From Acidimicrobiia bacterium (GTDB taxonomy: Bacteria > Actinomycetota > Acidimicrobiia > Spongiisociales > UBA11373), in NCBI GenBank assembly GCA_035464675.1, contig DATHSA010000066.1, forward strand, positions 1,323-65,322: a stretch of DNA of 64,000 bases, written 5' to 3'. Under the pieces are notes generated by a model. That model made no database searches. It was given only the letters and a program-made list of their open reading frames with translations, and was not told where the DNA came from. Positions 53,454 through 61,808 of this stretch are shown here, one piece after another. A program made the position numbers and the translations under genes. Every line of letters begins with the position of its first letter. Position 1 is the stretch's first letter.

Positions 53454-55553
53454 TCACGAGAGAAGCCGCTCGATCATCTGATCGGCGGCCTCGAGGCGCA
53501 GCGCGAGCACCCCTGCCGTCATCCGGTTGAGCGCCGCGGCGGCGGCAGGGTCGTCGTGCTGCATCTCGGCGAAGGCCCCGGGCGACAGCCGAAGCGCCTC
53601 GACCTCGGTGTCGGCGACCACGGACGCGGTGCACAGTCCTCCGAGGTACAGGGCGACCTCTCCGACGACTGCCCCCGAGCCCATGCTCCGCAACCGGGCA
53701 GTCCCCGAGTCGGTCTGGAGCTCGACGCTGACCCGCCCTGAACGGATGAGGAACAAGCCGTTCGACGGCGCATCCTGTGTCATCAGGTATTCGCCTGCGC
53801 TGAGAGAGACCGGCGTGAACCTGTCGGTGATTGCCGCGAACCGGGAGGCCTGGTCCTCGACGACGCCGACCGGCGCCGACTCCGCGAGCAAGCCCTCCTC
53901 GGCGAGTTCGACGGCACGATCGACATCGGGGGCGGTCACGACAGCCGGCGACTGCTCGAGCCTGGAGACCTGCGCGGCCAGCCGTCCCCGTGCTCCGGCA
54001 ACCATCACGGTCACGTCATTGGCTTCAGCAAGCCTGGCGAGCTTCTCGAAGGCGAGGATCGCCGATGAGTCCATGCCGGTGACATGGCGAAACCCGAGGA
54101 TCACATACGTCAGGCCACCCTCCTCGATCCGCTCCTCGACCCGGGTTCGGAGCCGATCCGCCGTGCCGAAGAACAGGTAGGCCTGGAGTTCGAGAATCAG
54201 GAGTCGCGATCCGAGCCGATCGAGGAGCGCTCGCGCCTCGGGATGGCGATCCACCCGGCTGCGATATCCCGTCCCATCCAGCTCGTACTTGACGACCTCC
54301 AGCCGACTCGACCTCACCGCAAAGAGCACGATCGTCGCCCCGAGCCCGACGGCGACGCCCGGCAGGAACCCCACGAACGCGATCACGACCAGGATGATCA
54401 GCACGACCGCCATGTCGTCGCTCGGGAGCCGGGATCTGGCGTCCCACGTCCACTCGAGCACGAAGGTCGCTCCGATGAACAGGAGGACGGCTGCGATGAA
54501 CGAGGTGGGGATGAGGCCGAGCACTGGCGCTCCCCCGACGGTCATCGCGATCACGGTGCACGCCGAGACGACTGCGGTGAGCCGGGTGGGTGGCGCGAGC
54601 CGGGCTGCGAGGACCGTGTCGGCGACATAGTGATATCCGGGGAGGCCTCCGCCCAGCGACGCGGCCAGATTGCCCAGTCCGGCGACGCGGAGCTCGCGGT
54701 CGCCGGCCAGATCGCGCTTCACGGCCAGTTCGATCGCACCGACCGAGAGAAGCAGGGCAACCGGGACGATCAACAGCATCGTGCCAATGACGCCCGCCTG
54801 GCCCAGCACCGCACCCCAGTCGGCATCGACCATCTGGGTCATGGTGGCCGGGGTCCAGGCGGGCCCTGCCTCGAAGGACCCGAGCAGCAGTCCGCTCCGC
54901 TGCGCGGCATCGACGGTCTCACCGGATGACAGAAGCCACCCATAGGTGCTCCCCAGTCCGGCAAAGACTGCGACAGCCGCCATCCGCGGCCCCAACACTC
55001 CGCGGGTACCGAGCAGGAGCGCCACGGCGATGAGCACACCGGGGACCCAACGCACCAGCGACTCCTCACTCGAGGCATTGCGGAGGAACTCGGCGAAGCC
55101 GACCCCTCCGACGAGGATCTCCCACGAGAAGACGACGATCACGACACCGGTGCCCGCGAGCAACCCGGCCACCACCGGGAAGGGGAGGTATCGCACCAGA
55201 CGTCCGAGGCGCATGGAGCCGAGCAGCAGGAGCAGGAGTCCGAGCGCGGCGGCGGCGACGGCGGTGACCGCCACCACCGTGGGGAGAACGGCCTCGGACG
55301 GCACGCGACCGACGACGGATGCTGCTGCGAGCGCCAGGAGCGCCGACGTGTTGTCCTGGGTCCCCGCCAGCATCCCCGGCAGGCTGCTCCCCAGCGCCGT
55401 GACCAGAGCTATCGCCGAGGTGCCGAACAGCGCGAGACCGATGCCCGCCGCCCGGTGGTCGGCGAGGTCACCCGAGAACACCAGGGCGGCGAGCGCCACG
55501 GCGAGGGTGACCGACACGAGACCGGCGACGATTCCCACCACCACCGACCGCAT
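53454..55553 (-). CDS. SulP-family anion transporter fused to STAS and cyclic-nucleotide-binding domains
   Basis: Polytopic N-terminal ~400 aa, STAS-like segment (LILELQAYLFFGTADRL...YVILGFRHVTGMDSSA), cNMP-binding-like C-terminus (LFLIRSGRVSVEL...GAVVGEVALY). Confidence 0.82.
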   Translation of the reverse strand: MRSVVVGIVAGLVSVTLAVALAALVFSGDLADHRAAGIGLALFGTSAIALVTALGSSLPGMLAGTQDNTSALLALAAASVVGRVPSEAVLPTVVAVTAVAAAALGLLLLLLGSMRLGRLVRYLPFPVVAGLLAGTGVVIVVFSWEILVGGVGFAEFLRNASSEESLVRWVPGVLIAVALLLGTRGVLGPRMAAVAVFAGLGSTYGWLLSSGETVDAAQRSGLLLGSFEAGPAWTPATMTQMVDADWGAVLGQAGVIGTMLLIVPVALLLSVGAIELAVKRDLAGDRELRVAGLGNLAASLGGGLPGYHYVADTVLAARLAPPTRLTAVVSACTVIAMTVGGAPVLGLIPTSFIAAVLLFIGATFVLEWTWDARSRLPSDDMAVVLIILVVIAFVGFLPGVAVGLGATIVLFAVRSSRLEVVKYELDGTGYRSRVDRHPEARALLDRLGSRLLILELQAYLFFGTADRLRTRVEERIEEGGLTYVILGFRHVTGMDSSAILAFEKLARLAEANDVTVMVAGARGRLAAQVSRLEQSPAVVTAPDVDRAVELAEEGLLAESAPVGVVEDQASRFAAITDRFTPVSLSAGEYLMTQDAPSNGLFLIRSGRVSVELQTDSGTARLRSMGSGAVVGEVALYLGGLCTASVVADTEVEALRLSPGAFAEMQHDDPAAAAALNRMTAGVLALRLEAADQMIERLLS

Positions 55554-55597
55554 TCACCCTCCCTCGCGGGTCCTAGACCCCGTACGACCAGGGCAGG

Positions 55598-55778
55598 CTA
55601 TCCGAAGCGATCGCTCTTCTGGATCCCGATGTCGATCCCGGGCTCGTCACCGTGGTGACCGACAGAAACGTTTCGAAGAACGGGGCGGCTCCCAGCCGAA
55701 GACCTCCCCATGGACATGCCGATGGAGGGAAGCTCCGCGACATTCGAACTCGAAGTATCCGACAGCAGGCTTCGCCGG
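55598..55778 (-). pseudogene. Decayed duplicate of the 5' half of the VOC (glyoxalase-fold) gene
   Basis: Nucleotide-level alignment by eye to 56760-56925. Start codon lost, two 1-nt deletions. Conserved stretches EVFGWEP and HGDEPGIDIGIQK fall in different frames. Confidence 0.7.
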
Positions 55779-55782
55779 TCGC

Positions 55783-56466
55783 TCAGGCGTAGGCCTCGAC
55801 GATCGCCGTCGCCACACCACCGTTCACATACAGCCACACCGCGCACCTATCACCCGGGCAGGTCGAGAGAGAGTCCGGATGAGGCCAGTCGGCGAGATCG
55901 ATCGGCCGGGCGAAGAGATCCGGATATGGGAGTTCCGGCGCATAGATCGTGTAGGCCGTAGCCAAGGGCGAGATCGGTACTGCGAACACCTTCGGGTTCA
56001 TGTTCCGGACGTAATAACCCTCCTCCGGGTCGCCGAGCCCGTCGGCTGCGGCGGCGGCGACCGCGGCGTCACCACCGAAGTAGCAGGCCAGATCGAAGGT
56101 GATCACACCGTCGACGACCTCCTCGGCGAATCCGAGCCAGATCCCGTCGGGCAGGACGTCGCCCGGCGGCGAACATCCGGAACCGCGGGGATCGATGGAG
56201 TTGTCCCCGCCGAGCGCGTCGGGCAGGGTCGGATGACCCCCCGAGAACTGCACCAGGTAATACGGACCGGCGAACGTTGTCGCCGTGGTCGGTGCCGTCG
56301 TCGTTGTCGTCGCCGCGGTCGTCGTCGTCGTCGCCGCGGTCGTCGCAGGGGCGGCCGTGGTCGTCACCACCGTCGTGGTGGTCGCCGCGGTGCTCCCCCC
56401 GGTCGTCGTGGACGCAGCATCGTCGTCGCCACACGACGCGGCCAGGAGGGCCATGAGGACGATCAC
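55783..56466 (-). CDS. Putative lipoprotein with Thr-rich linker
   Basis: VIVLMALLAASC-G lipobox, ~50-aa Thr/Ala linker, Cys-containing C-terminal domain. GTG start at 56466. Confidence 0.65.
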   Translation of the reverse strand: MIVLMALLAASCGDDDAASTTTGGSTAATTTTVVTTTAAPATTAATTTTTAATTTTTAPTTATTFAGPYYLVQFSGGHPTLPDALGGDNSIDPRGSGCSPPGDVLPDGIWLGFAEEVVDGVITFDLACYFGGDAAVAAAAADGLGDPEEGYYVRNMNPKVFAVPISPLATAYTIYAPELPYPDLFARPIDLADWPHPDSLSTCPGDRCAVWLYVNGGVATAIVEAYA

Positions 56467-56576
56467 GATCGGAATTCGCCCGATTCTTGCTCTCCAGGTC
56501 TGCTGCTGTTCACCCTACCCCCGGCGATGCGGAACACCGGCCACCCGCTCATGTCCGAGTCGGGTCTCTTCGGGGA

Positions 56577-56930
56577 TCATGCCGCGTCGGTGTCCGACTC
56601 CCACATGCCGACGGTCATGCCGTTCGGGTCGGTGAAGTAGGCGGCGAAGCCGACCCCCGGGATCGGGAACTTCGGCATCACGATCGCACCGCCGTGCTCC
56701 TCGACCTTCCTCGTGGCCTCGTCCAGATCGGGCACGAGGATGGTGGCGACGGTCGTGGCCGGCCCGTCGGCCTTCTGGATGCCGGTGTCGATCCCCGGCT
56801 CGTCCCCGTGTTGAACGGAGAGGTATCCCTCGAAGAACGGGGTCGGCTTCCAGCCGAACACCTCCCCATAGAACGTGGCCGTGGACTCCAGGTCCGGGAC
56901 ATTGAACTCGACGTATCCGACGTACGGCAT
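56577..56930 (-). CDS. VOC-family (glyoxalase/bleomycin-resistance fold) protein
   Basis: MPYVGYVEFNVPDLESTATFYGEVFGW...FTDPNGMTVGMWE. SD AGGAGGAAGAG upstream of the ATG at 56930. The 299-aa ORF-track form is an artefactual extension. Confidence 0.85.
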   Translation of the reverse strand: MPYVGYVEFNVPDLESTATFYGEVFGWKPTPFFEGYLSVQHGDEPGIDTGIQKADGPATTVATILVPDLDEATRKVEEHGGAIVMPKFPIPGVGFAAYFTDPNGMTVGMWESDTDAA

Positions 56931-56941
56931 CTCTCTTCCTC

Positions 56942-57394
56942 CTATCCGTTGTCCTGGGCCCAGGCCTTCAGCCCGCCCAGGATCTCCTGCAGGCCCTCGG
57001 CGTACGAGCCGCCGATGTCCGGGACACCGTCCACTCCGAAGCCATCGTGGGTGACCGACACGGTGGTGCGGCCGGCGTGCTCGGTGAACCGCACCGTGAT
57101 CGTCGTCGGCGCGGGCCAGCCGGGCGCCTGCCACGTGTACTGGAGCAGCTCGGGCGGGTCGTACCGTGTGATGCTCCCGATCGTGTACTGCGACCCGTCG
57201 GCGAACTCCTCGTAGAAGCGCCCGCCCTGCTCCGGCTCGAACCGGATGTGGCGCGGCTCCGTGCTCTCGGGCGCGAAGCTGTACCGGTAGGTGCCGCGCC
57301 GGATCCACCACGAGTCGATGTGGTTGACATAGGCGTCGAACACCCGGTCGCGATCGGCATCGATCACCACCGACTCCTGGATGGTCGTCATCAC
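56942..57394 (-). CDS. SRPBCC/AHSA1-family (START-like) protein
   Basis: IQESVVIDADRDRVFDAYVNHIDSWW is the typical N-terminus. 4-nt overlap with the arsR-family gene. Confidence 0.8.
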   Translation of the reverse strand: MMTTIQESVVIDADRDRVFDAYVNHIDSWWIRRGTYRYSFAPESTEPRHIRFEPEQGGRFYEEFADGSQYTIGSITRYDPPELLQYTWQAPGWPAPTTITVRFTEHAGRTTVSVTHDGFGVDGVPDIGGSYAEGLQEILGGLKAWAQDNG

Positions 57395-57711
57395 TCCCCT
57401 CCTTCGACGAACGACTTGAGTGCGAACAGGGAGTCACGCCAGGCGTTGCGCAGGTCGTCGAGCCACAGGTCGGCATCGACCACCCCCTCGGGGTTGATCG
57501 AGAACCAGCGCTCCCGGCCGTCGATGCGGACCGTCACCAGTTCGGCTTCCCGCAGCACCCGCAGGTGGCGCGACACCGCGGGGCGCGAGATGTCCAGCGG
57601 CTCGGCTAGGGCACCCGCGGTCAGGTCCGTCGCACTGAGTCGCTCGAGGATCCGGCGCCGGGTCCCATCGGCCATGGCTGCGAACGCCCGGTCGAGTCGA
57701 TCTGTGGCCAT
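57391..57711 (-). CDS. ArsR/SmtB-family transcriptional regulator
   Basis: Winged HTH: FAAMADGTRRRILERL...AGALAEPLDISRPAVSRHLRVLREAELV. Confidence 0.9.
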   Translation of the reverse strand: MATDRLDRAFAAMADGTRRRILERLSATDLTAGALAEPLDISRPAVSRHLRVLREAELVTVRIDGRERWFSINPEGVVDADLWLDDLRNAWRDSLFALKSFVEGGE

Positions 57712-57714
57712 TGC

Positions 57715-57758
57715 GTAACCTCCTCGTTACACGATAGCACGCGTAACGAACAGGTTAC
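57715..57758. promoter_or_regulatory. Two GTAAC-N6-GTTAC palindromes, candidate ArsR-family operator
   Basis: GTAACctcctcGTTAC (57715-57730, overlapping the SD GAGGAGG of the arsR-like gene) and GTAACgaacagGTTAC (57743-57758). Centres are 28 bp apart. Confidence 0.55.
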
Positions 57759-57761
57759 AAG

Positions 57762-60221
57762 TCAGATCTTCGGTACGCGGAACCCCGACTTGGCGATCAC
57801 GTGGTCGCGAGACTCCGAGGCCATCCGCCGGACCGCCGGCCAGTCCACGTGGAGCAAGCGCCCTCCCTGTTTCATCACCCGGCCGCCGATCAGCACGGTG
57901 TCCACGTTGGACGTGTCCATGCCCGACACCACCGCCATGGCCGGGTCGTTGAGGGGGGTCACATTGAGTCGATCGGTGCGAAGCAGGACCATGTCGGCCT
58001 TCTTCCCGGGTGTCAGCGTCCCCACCCGGGCGTCGAGCCCGTTGGCGCGCGCCCCCTCGATCGTCGCGTAGGCCAGGACGTCGCGCGCCGAAATCGGCTC
58101 CTTGTGCTGTGACACGGCGAGCGCCCGCTGCAACCCGATGACCGAGCGCATCTGATTGAACATGTCGGCAGGCACGTTGGTCTCGACGTCGACGCTCAGG
58201 CTCGGGGACAGGCCCCTGTCGAGGAACTTCTGGATGGGCGGCATGCCGTGGCCCATCATCATCTCGACGGGAGAAGCCAACGACACCGTGCCTCCCGTGT
58301 CCACGATCATCTGGATCTCGGTGTCGTTCAGCGTCGTGCAGTGGATGTAGGTCGTGTCGGGGCCGAGGAGACCCGCCCGGCCGAAGTCCTCCAGCTTTCC
58401 CTCCTGACCGTACGAGCCGACCCCGACGTGGGTGCTGATTCGGGCCCCGGTCTCTCTGGCCAGTTTCCAGTGGTCCCGGGTCACTTCGAAGTCGGTGAAC
58501 TCCGGCCCGGGTGCCGCCAGCGCGAGGGTGAGCTTCTGGTCGGTCGTCTGGAAGTGCTCCGTCGCCGCCCGTACGAACCACGACGGCTGCCGCTCCTCCC
58601 ACTTCCCCCACCACGGGAAGCCATAGGCGAACACCGCACGCAGGCCGGAGTCCTCCAGCGCGGCGATCACCGCATCGGTGTGCGCCGGCGAGCCCTGGAT
58701 GTGCGACCAGTCGAGGAGCGTGGTGATCCCGGCATCGATCGCTCCCAGAGCGGACACGAGGTTGCCCACATAGGCGTCTTCCGGCCGGAACGCAGGAGCA
58801 AGCTTGTGCAGGACGAAGGATATGTAGCTGGTCCGGCCCTCGAGCGGGACGTCGGTGCCGATGTTCCGCAGGAGCCCTTCCCAGATGTGGCGGTGGGTGT
58901 CCACGAAGCCGGGCATCACGATCATCCCGGTGGCATCGATCACCTCCGCCGTCTCTCCCCCGTCGAGCGACGGCCCCACGGCGACGATCTCGTCTCCGTC
59001 GATGAGGACGTCCCCGGGCGAGAAGTCCCCGACCACCGGATCCACCGACAGGACGGTCCCGCCGCGGATCACCTTCCGGTCGGTGGGCGCGACTCCGAAG
59101 TCGATCCCCGACGGATAGAACTCCGGGATCTCGGCGGCCTTGGCGATCCGGCTGCCGATCACCAGCCTGCGCACCTTCTTGTAGTTCCTCTTGATCAGCT
59201 CCTTGAGATCTCCCGCCTGGAACAGGATGATCCCGAACAGCAGGAGGAGGCCGAACACCATCGGGATGTCCTCGGCCGATAGCCGCAGGTACGGCTGGGC
59301 CACGGTGATCAGGGCGAGGAGGACGGCAGCCACCGCCCCTCCGAAGAACGTCGCTCGCCCGCCGGCGAGGGAAGCGCCGCCGAGGACGGCGGCTCCGATG
59401 CTCGTCAGGGCGAATGTCGAACCGACCTGTGCGTTACCGATCGGCGAACGCGCCATCACGAAGATCGACCCGACCGCAGCGAGGACCGCCGAAAGCATCA
59501 GGGCCCTGACCTTCAGCCAGGTCACACGAATGCCCCCCCTCCTGGCGGACCTCTCGTCGTAGCCGACGGCTCGGAGTCGGAGCCCGGACCCCGACGCGTG
59601 CAACCAGATGTCGCCGAGCGCCGCCAGGGCCACGAGAACGATGAACGCGATCGGAATCGGACCCACGCTGGTCTTCAGCATCGAGGCGAAGTCGCGGTTG
59701 ATCACCCCCTGGGTGGAAGGGCGAAGCGTGAGGGCGACACCGTTGAGGATGCTCAACGTGGCGAGGGTCGCGATGATCGACGGCATCTTGGCCCCGCGGA
59801 TCAGGAACGCGTTCACCAGTCCCAGGGCGACGCCACACACGAGGACCACCGAGATCCCGAACAGGATCTGCGTCCCGGTGGCGTCGGCGCCGATCAGAAA
59901 CGAACCGATGACGACACCCAGGCTGACCATCCCACCGACACTCAGATCGAGGTACCCGACCAGCAGAGCATGGGTCTGGGCGATCGTGACCACGATCAAG
60001 GGGAGGGCCACGATCAGGGTCTGAGAGATGACAGCCGAGTTGAGGAAGCCGTCGAACTTCGTGGTCGTGTACCACACGAGCGCGCCGATCAGGAGAACCT
60101 GAAGCGCCACGGGCATCCAGAGCCTGAACTTGATGATCTTGCGCCATTTGTTCTTGTCGCGGGCGTTGCGGAGGATCTTGCGAACCAACCGTCGCGTGGC
60201 ATCAAGGCGGGTGGTGGTCAC
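57762..60221 (-). CDS. ABC transporter permease fused in frame to an amidohydrolase (TRZ/ATZ / cytosine-deaminase-like)
   Basis: N-terminal ~370 aa is a CUT2-type permease (multiple TM, LGLVNAFLIRGAKMPSIIATLATLSI). A ~45-aa linker follows, then VIRGGTVLSVDP...PGFVDTHRHIW (HxH metal motif). No stop codon between the two parts. GTG at 60221 overlaps the ATPase TGA. Confidence 0.8.
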   Translation of the reverse strand: MTTTRLDATRRLVRKILRNARDKNKWRKIIKFRLWMPVALQVLLIGALVWYTTTKFDGFLNSAVISQTLIVALPLIVVTIAQTHALLVGYLDLSVGGMVSLGVVIGSFLIGADATGTQILFGISVVLVCGVALGLVNAFLIRGAKMPSIIATLATLSILNGVALTLRPSTQGVINRDFASMLKTSVGPIPIAFIVLVALAALGDIWLHASGSGLRLRAVGYDERSARRGGIRVTWLKVRALMLSAVLAAVGSIFVMARSPIGNAQVGSTFALTSIGAAVLGGASLAGGRATFFGGAVAAVLLALITVAQPYLRLSAEDIPMVFGLLLLFGIILFQAGDLKELIKRNYKKVRRLVIGSRIAKAAEIPEFYPSGIDFGVAPTDRKVIRGGTVLSVDPVVGDFSPGDVLIDGDEIVAVGPSLDGGETAEVIDATGMIVMPGFVDTHRHIWEGLLRNIGTDVPLEGRTSYISFVLHKLAPAFRPEDAYVGNLVSALGAIDAGITTLLDWSHIQGSPAHTDAVIAALEDSGLRAVFAYGFPWWGKWEERQPSWFVRAATEHFQTTDQKLTLALAAPGPEFTDFEVTRDHWKLARETGARISTHVGVGSYGQEGKLEDFGRAGLLGPDTTYIHCTTLNDTEIQMIVDTGGTVSLASPVEMMMGHGMPPIQKFLDRGLSPSLSVDVETNVPADMFNQMRSVIGLQRALAVSQHKEPISARDVLAYATIEGARANGLDARVGTLTPGKKADMVLLRTDRLNVTPLNDPAMAVVSGMDTSNVDTVLIGGRVMKQGGRLLHVDWPAVRRMASESRDHVIAKSGFRVPKI

Positions 60222-61798
60222 GACGACGCCTTCGGCATGGCGACGCCGAGCGGGGATCGGCCGGCCTTGGAGAGCCCGGGACCGCGGACGATTGACTCGG
60301 TGATCCGCCTCTCGCTCAGCTCGTCGCCGGGGATCTCCTCGATGATCTGGCCCCGGGACATGACGAGCACTCGATCGCACAGACCGGCCAACTCGATGGG
60401 ATCGCTCGACTTCACGAGGAGCGCCGCGCCTCCGTCGGTACGCGCGCGGAGTGCCCGGTAGATGTCGAAGCGCGACCCCACGTCGACACCCTGCGTCGGC
60501 TCATATGCCAGGATCACCGACGGCTCCCTCAGGTAGGTGCGCGAGACCGAGACCTTCTGCTGGTTCCCGCCCGACAGGAACTGCACCGGCTGATCCAACG
60601 ACGGGGTGCGGATCTCGAGTTGGGCAACCACGTCCTCGACCTTCCGGCGTTCCCGACGCCTACTCAGGAACCCGAACATCCGGAAACGCCGCAGGACTTG
60701 GATCGTGGCGTTGACTCTCACCCCCAGCACACCCATCAACGCCTCGTGGGTGCGGTCGCCGGGAAGGAGCAGGATGCCGGCGTCGACCGCCTCCCGGGTG
60801 GAGACCAGTGACAGCTCATCCCCGTCGCATGCCACCAGCCCTGCCTTGGGCGGGGCCCGGCCGGAGAGGCAGTCGAACAGCTGCGGCTGGCCGTTGCCTT
60901 CGGCCCCGGCGATGCCGACGACCTCGCCGCTCTCAAGCGTGAATGAGACCGGACCGAACGACTGGCCCTGGAGGCCGTCGACGACGAGGACGTCCCGCGA
61001 CTCCTCGACCCGGACGTCGGGCGCCGGGAAGGCGGCCTCGAAAGGGCGACCGACGATGAGCTCGACCAGCTCCGGCTCCGAGGTGGCGGCCGCGTCGAAT
61101 GTGCCCTGGTTTCGTCCATCACGCAGGACCGTGATCCGGTCGGCGATCTCCAGCACCTCGGGCAGGCGATGACTCACGTAGACCACGCCCACGCCGCGCT
61201 CCCTCGATCGGGCGATCGTCCTGTGCAGGGCCTCCACCTCGTCGGGGCCGAGAGCGGTCGTCGGCTCGTCCAGCAGCAGGACGATGGGGTCGGTGATGAG
61301 CGCCTTGGCCACCTCGAAGAGCTGCCGCTCGGCCAGTGTCAGGAACCCTGCGGGGGCGTCCGGGAACAGCTCGAGGTCGAGGTCGAATTCGGCGAGCTTG
61401 GATCTCGCCCACTTCTTCCGACGCCAGAAAGGAGGCCTCTGGTCCTCCGGGGCCGCCTGATAGAGGTTGTTCTTCACGGGCTCGGCGAGAACCAGCGAGG
61501 TGTCCTGATAAGCCATCGCCAGGCCGAGCCGCCTCGCCAGCGCCGGCGAGTCACGTCTGAGGGGTCTTCCCCCGATCTGGACCGAGCCCAGATCGGGGTC
61601 CACAAACCCGCTGGCAATCCCCAGGAGAGTCGACTTGCCGGAGCCGTTCTCCCCGACGAGGGCATGCACCTCGCCGGGGCGGCAGTCGAAGCTGACGTCG
61701 GTCAGCGCCCGGACTGCTCCGAACTGCCGGGATACGCCCTGCAGTTCGAGAACCAGTCCGTCAGAGGCCGACTCTCCTCGGGGATTGCTGCTACTCAT
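60218..61798 (-). CDS. Sugar/nucleoside-type (CUT2) ABC transporter ATP-binding protein with two NBDs
   Basis: Walker A GENGSGKST, LLLDEPT, second NBD GAEGNGQ, LSGGNQQKV. Confidence 0.92.
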   Translation of the reverse strand: MSSSNPRGESASDGLVLELQGVSRQFGAVRALTDVSFDCRPGEVHALVGENGSGKSTLLGIASGFVDPDLGSVQIGGRPLRRDSPALARRLGLAMAYQDTSLVLAEPVKNNLYQAAPEDQRPPFWRRKKWARSKLAEFDLDLELFPDAPAGFLTLAERQLFEVAKALITDPIVLLLDEPTTALGPDEVEALHRTIARSRERGVGVVYVSHRLPEVLEIADRITVLRDGRNQGTFDAAATSEPELVELIVGRPFEAAFPAPDVRVEESRDVLVVDGLQGQSFGPVSFTLESGEVVGIAGAEGNGQPQLFDCLSGRAPPKAGLVACDGDELSLVSTREAVDAGILLLPGDRTHEALMGVLGVRVNATIQVLRRFRMFGFLSRRRERRKVEDVVAQLEIRTPSLDQPVQFLSGGNQQKVSVSRTYLREPSVILAYEPTQGVDVGSRFDIYRALRARTDGGAALLVKSSDPIELAGLCDRVLVMSRGQIIEEIPGDELSERRITESIVRGPGLSKAGRSPLGVAMPKASS

Positions 61799-61808
61799 GC
61801 GATCGCGG

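Noticed and set aside
54946-56640. 564-aa plus-strand ORF
   Set aside because: Antisense to the SulP transporter and the lipoprotein gene. Its Arg/Ser/Pro/Thr-rich translation reflects the complement of Thr-rich and hydrophobic coding sequence.
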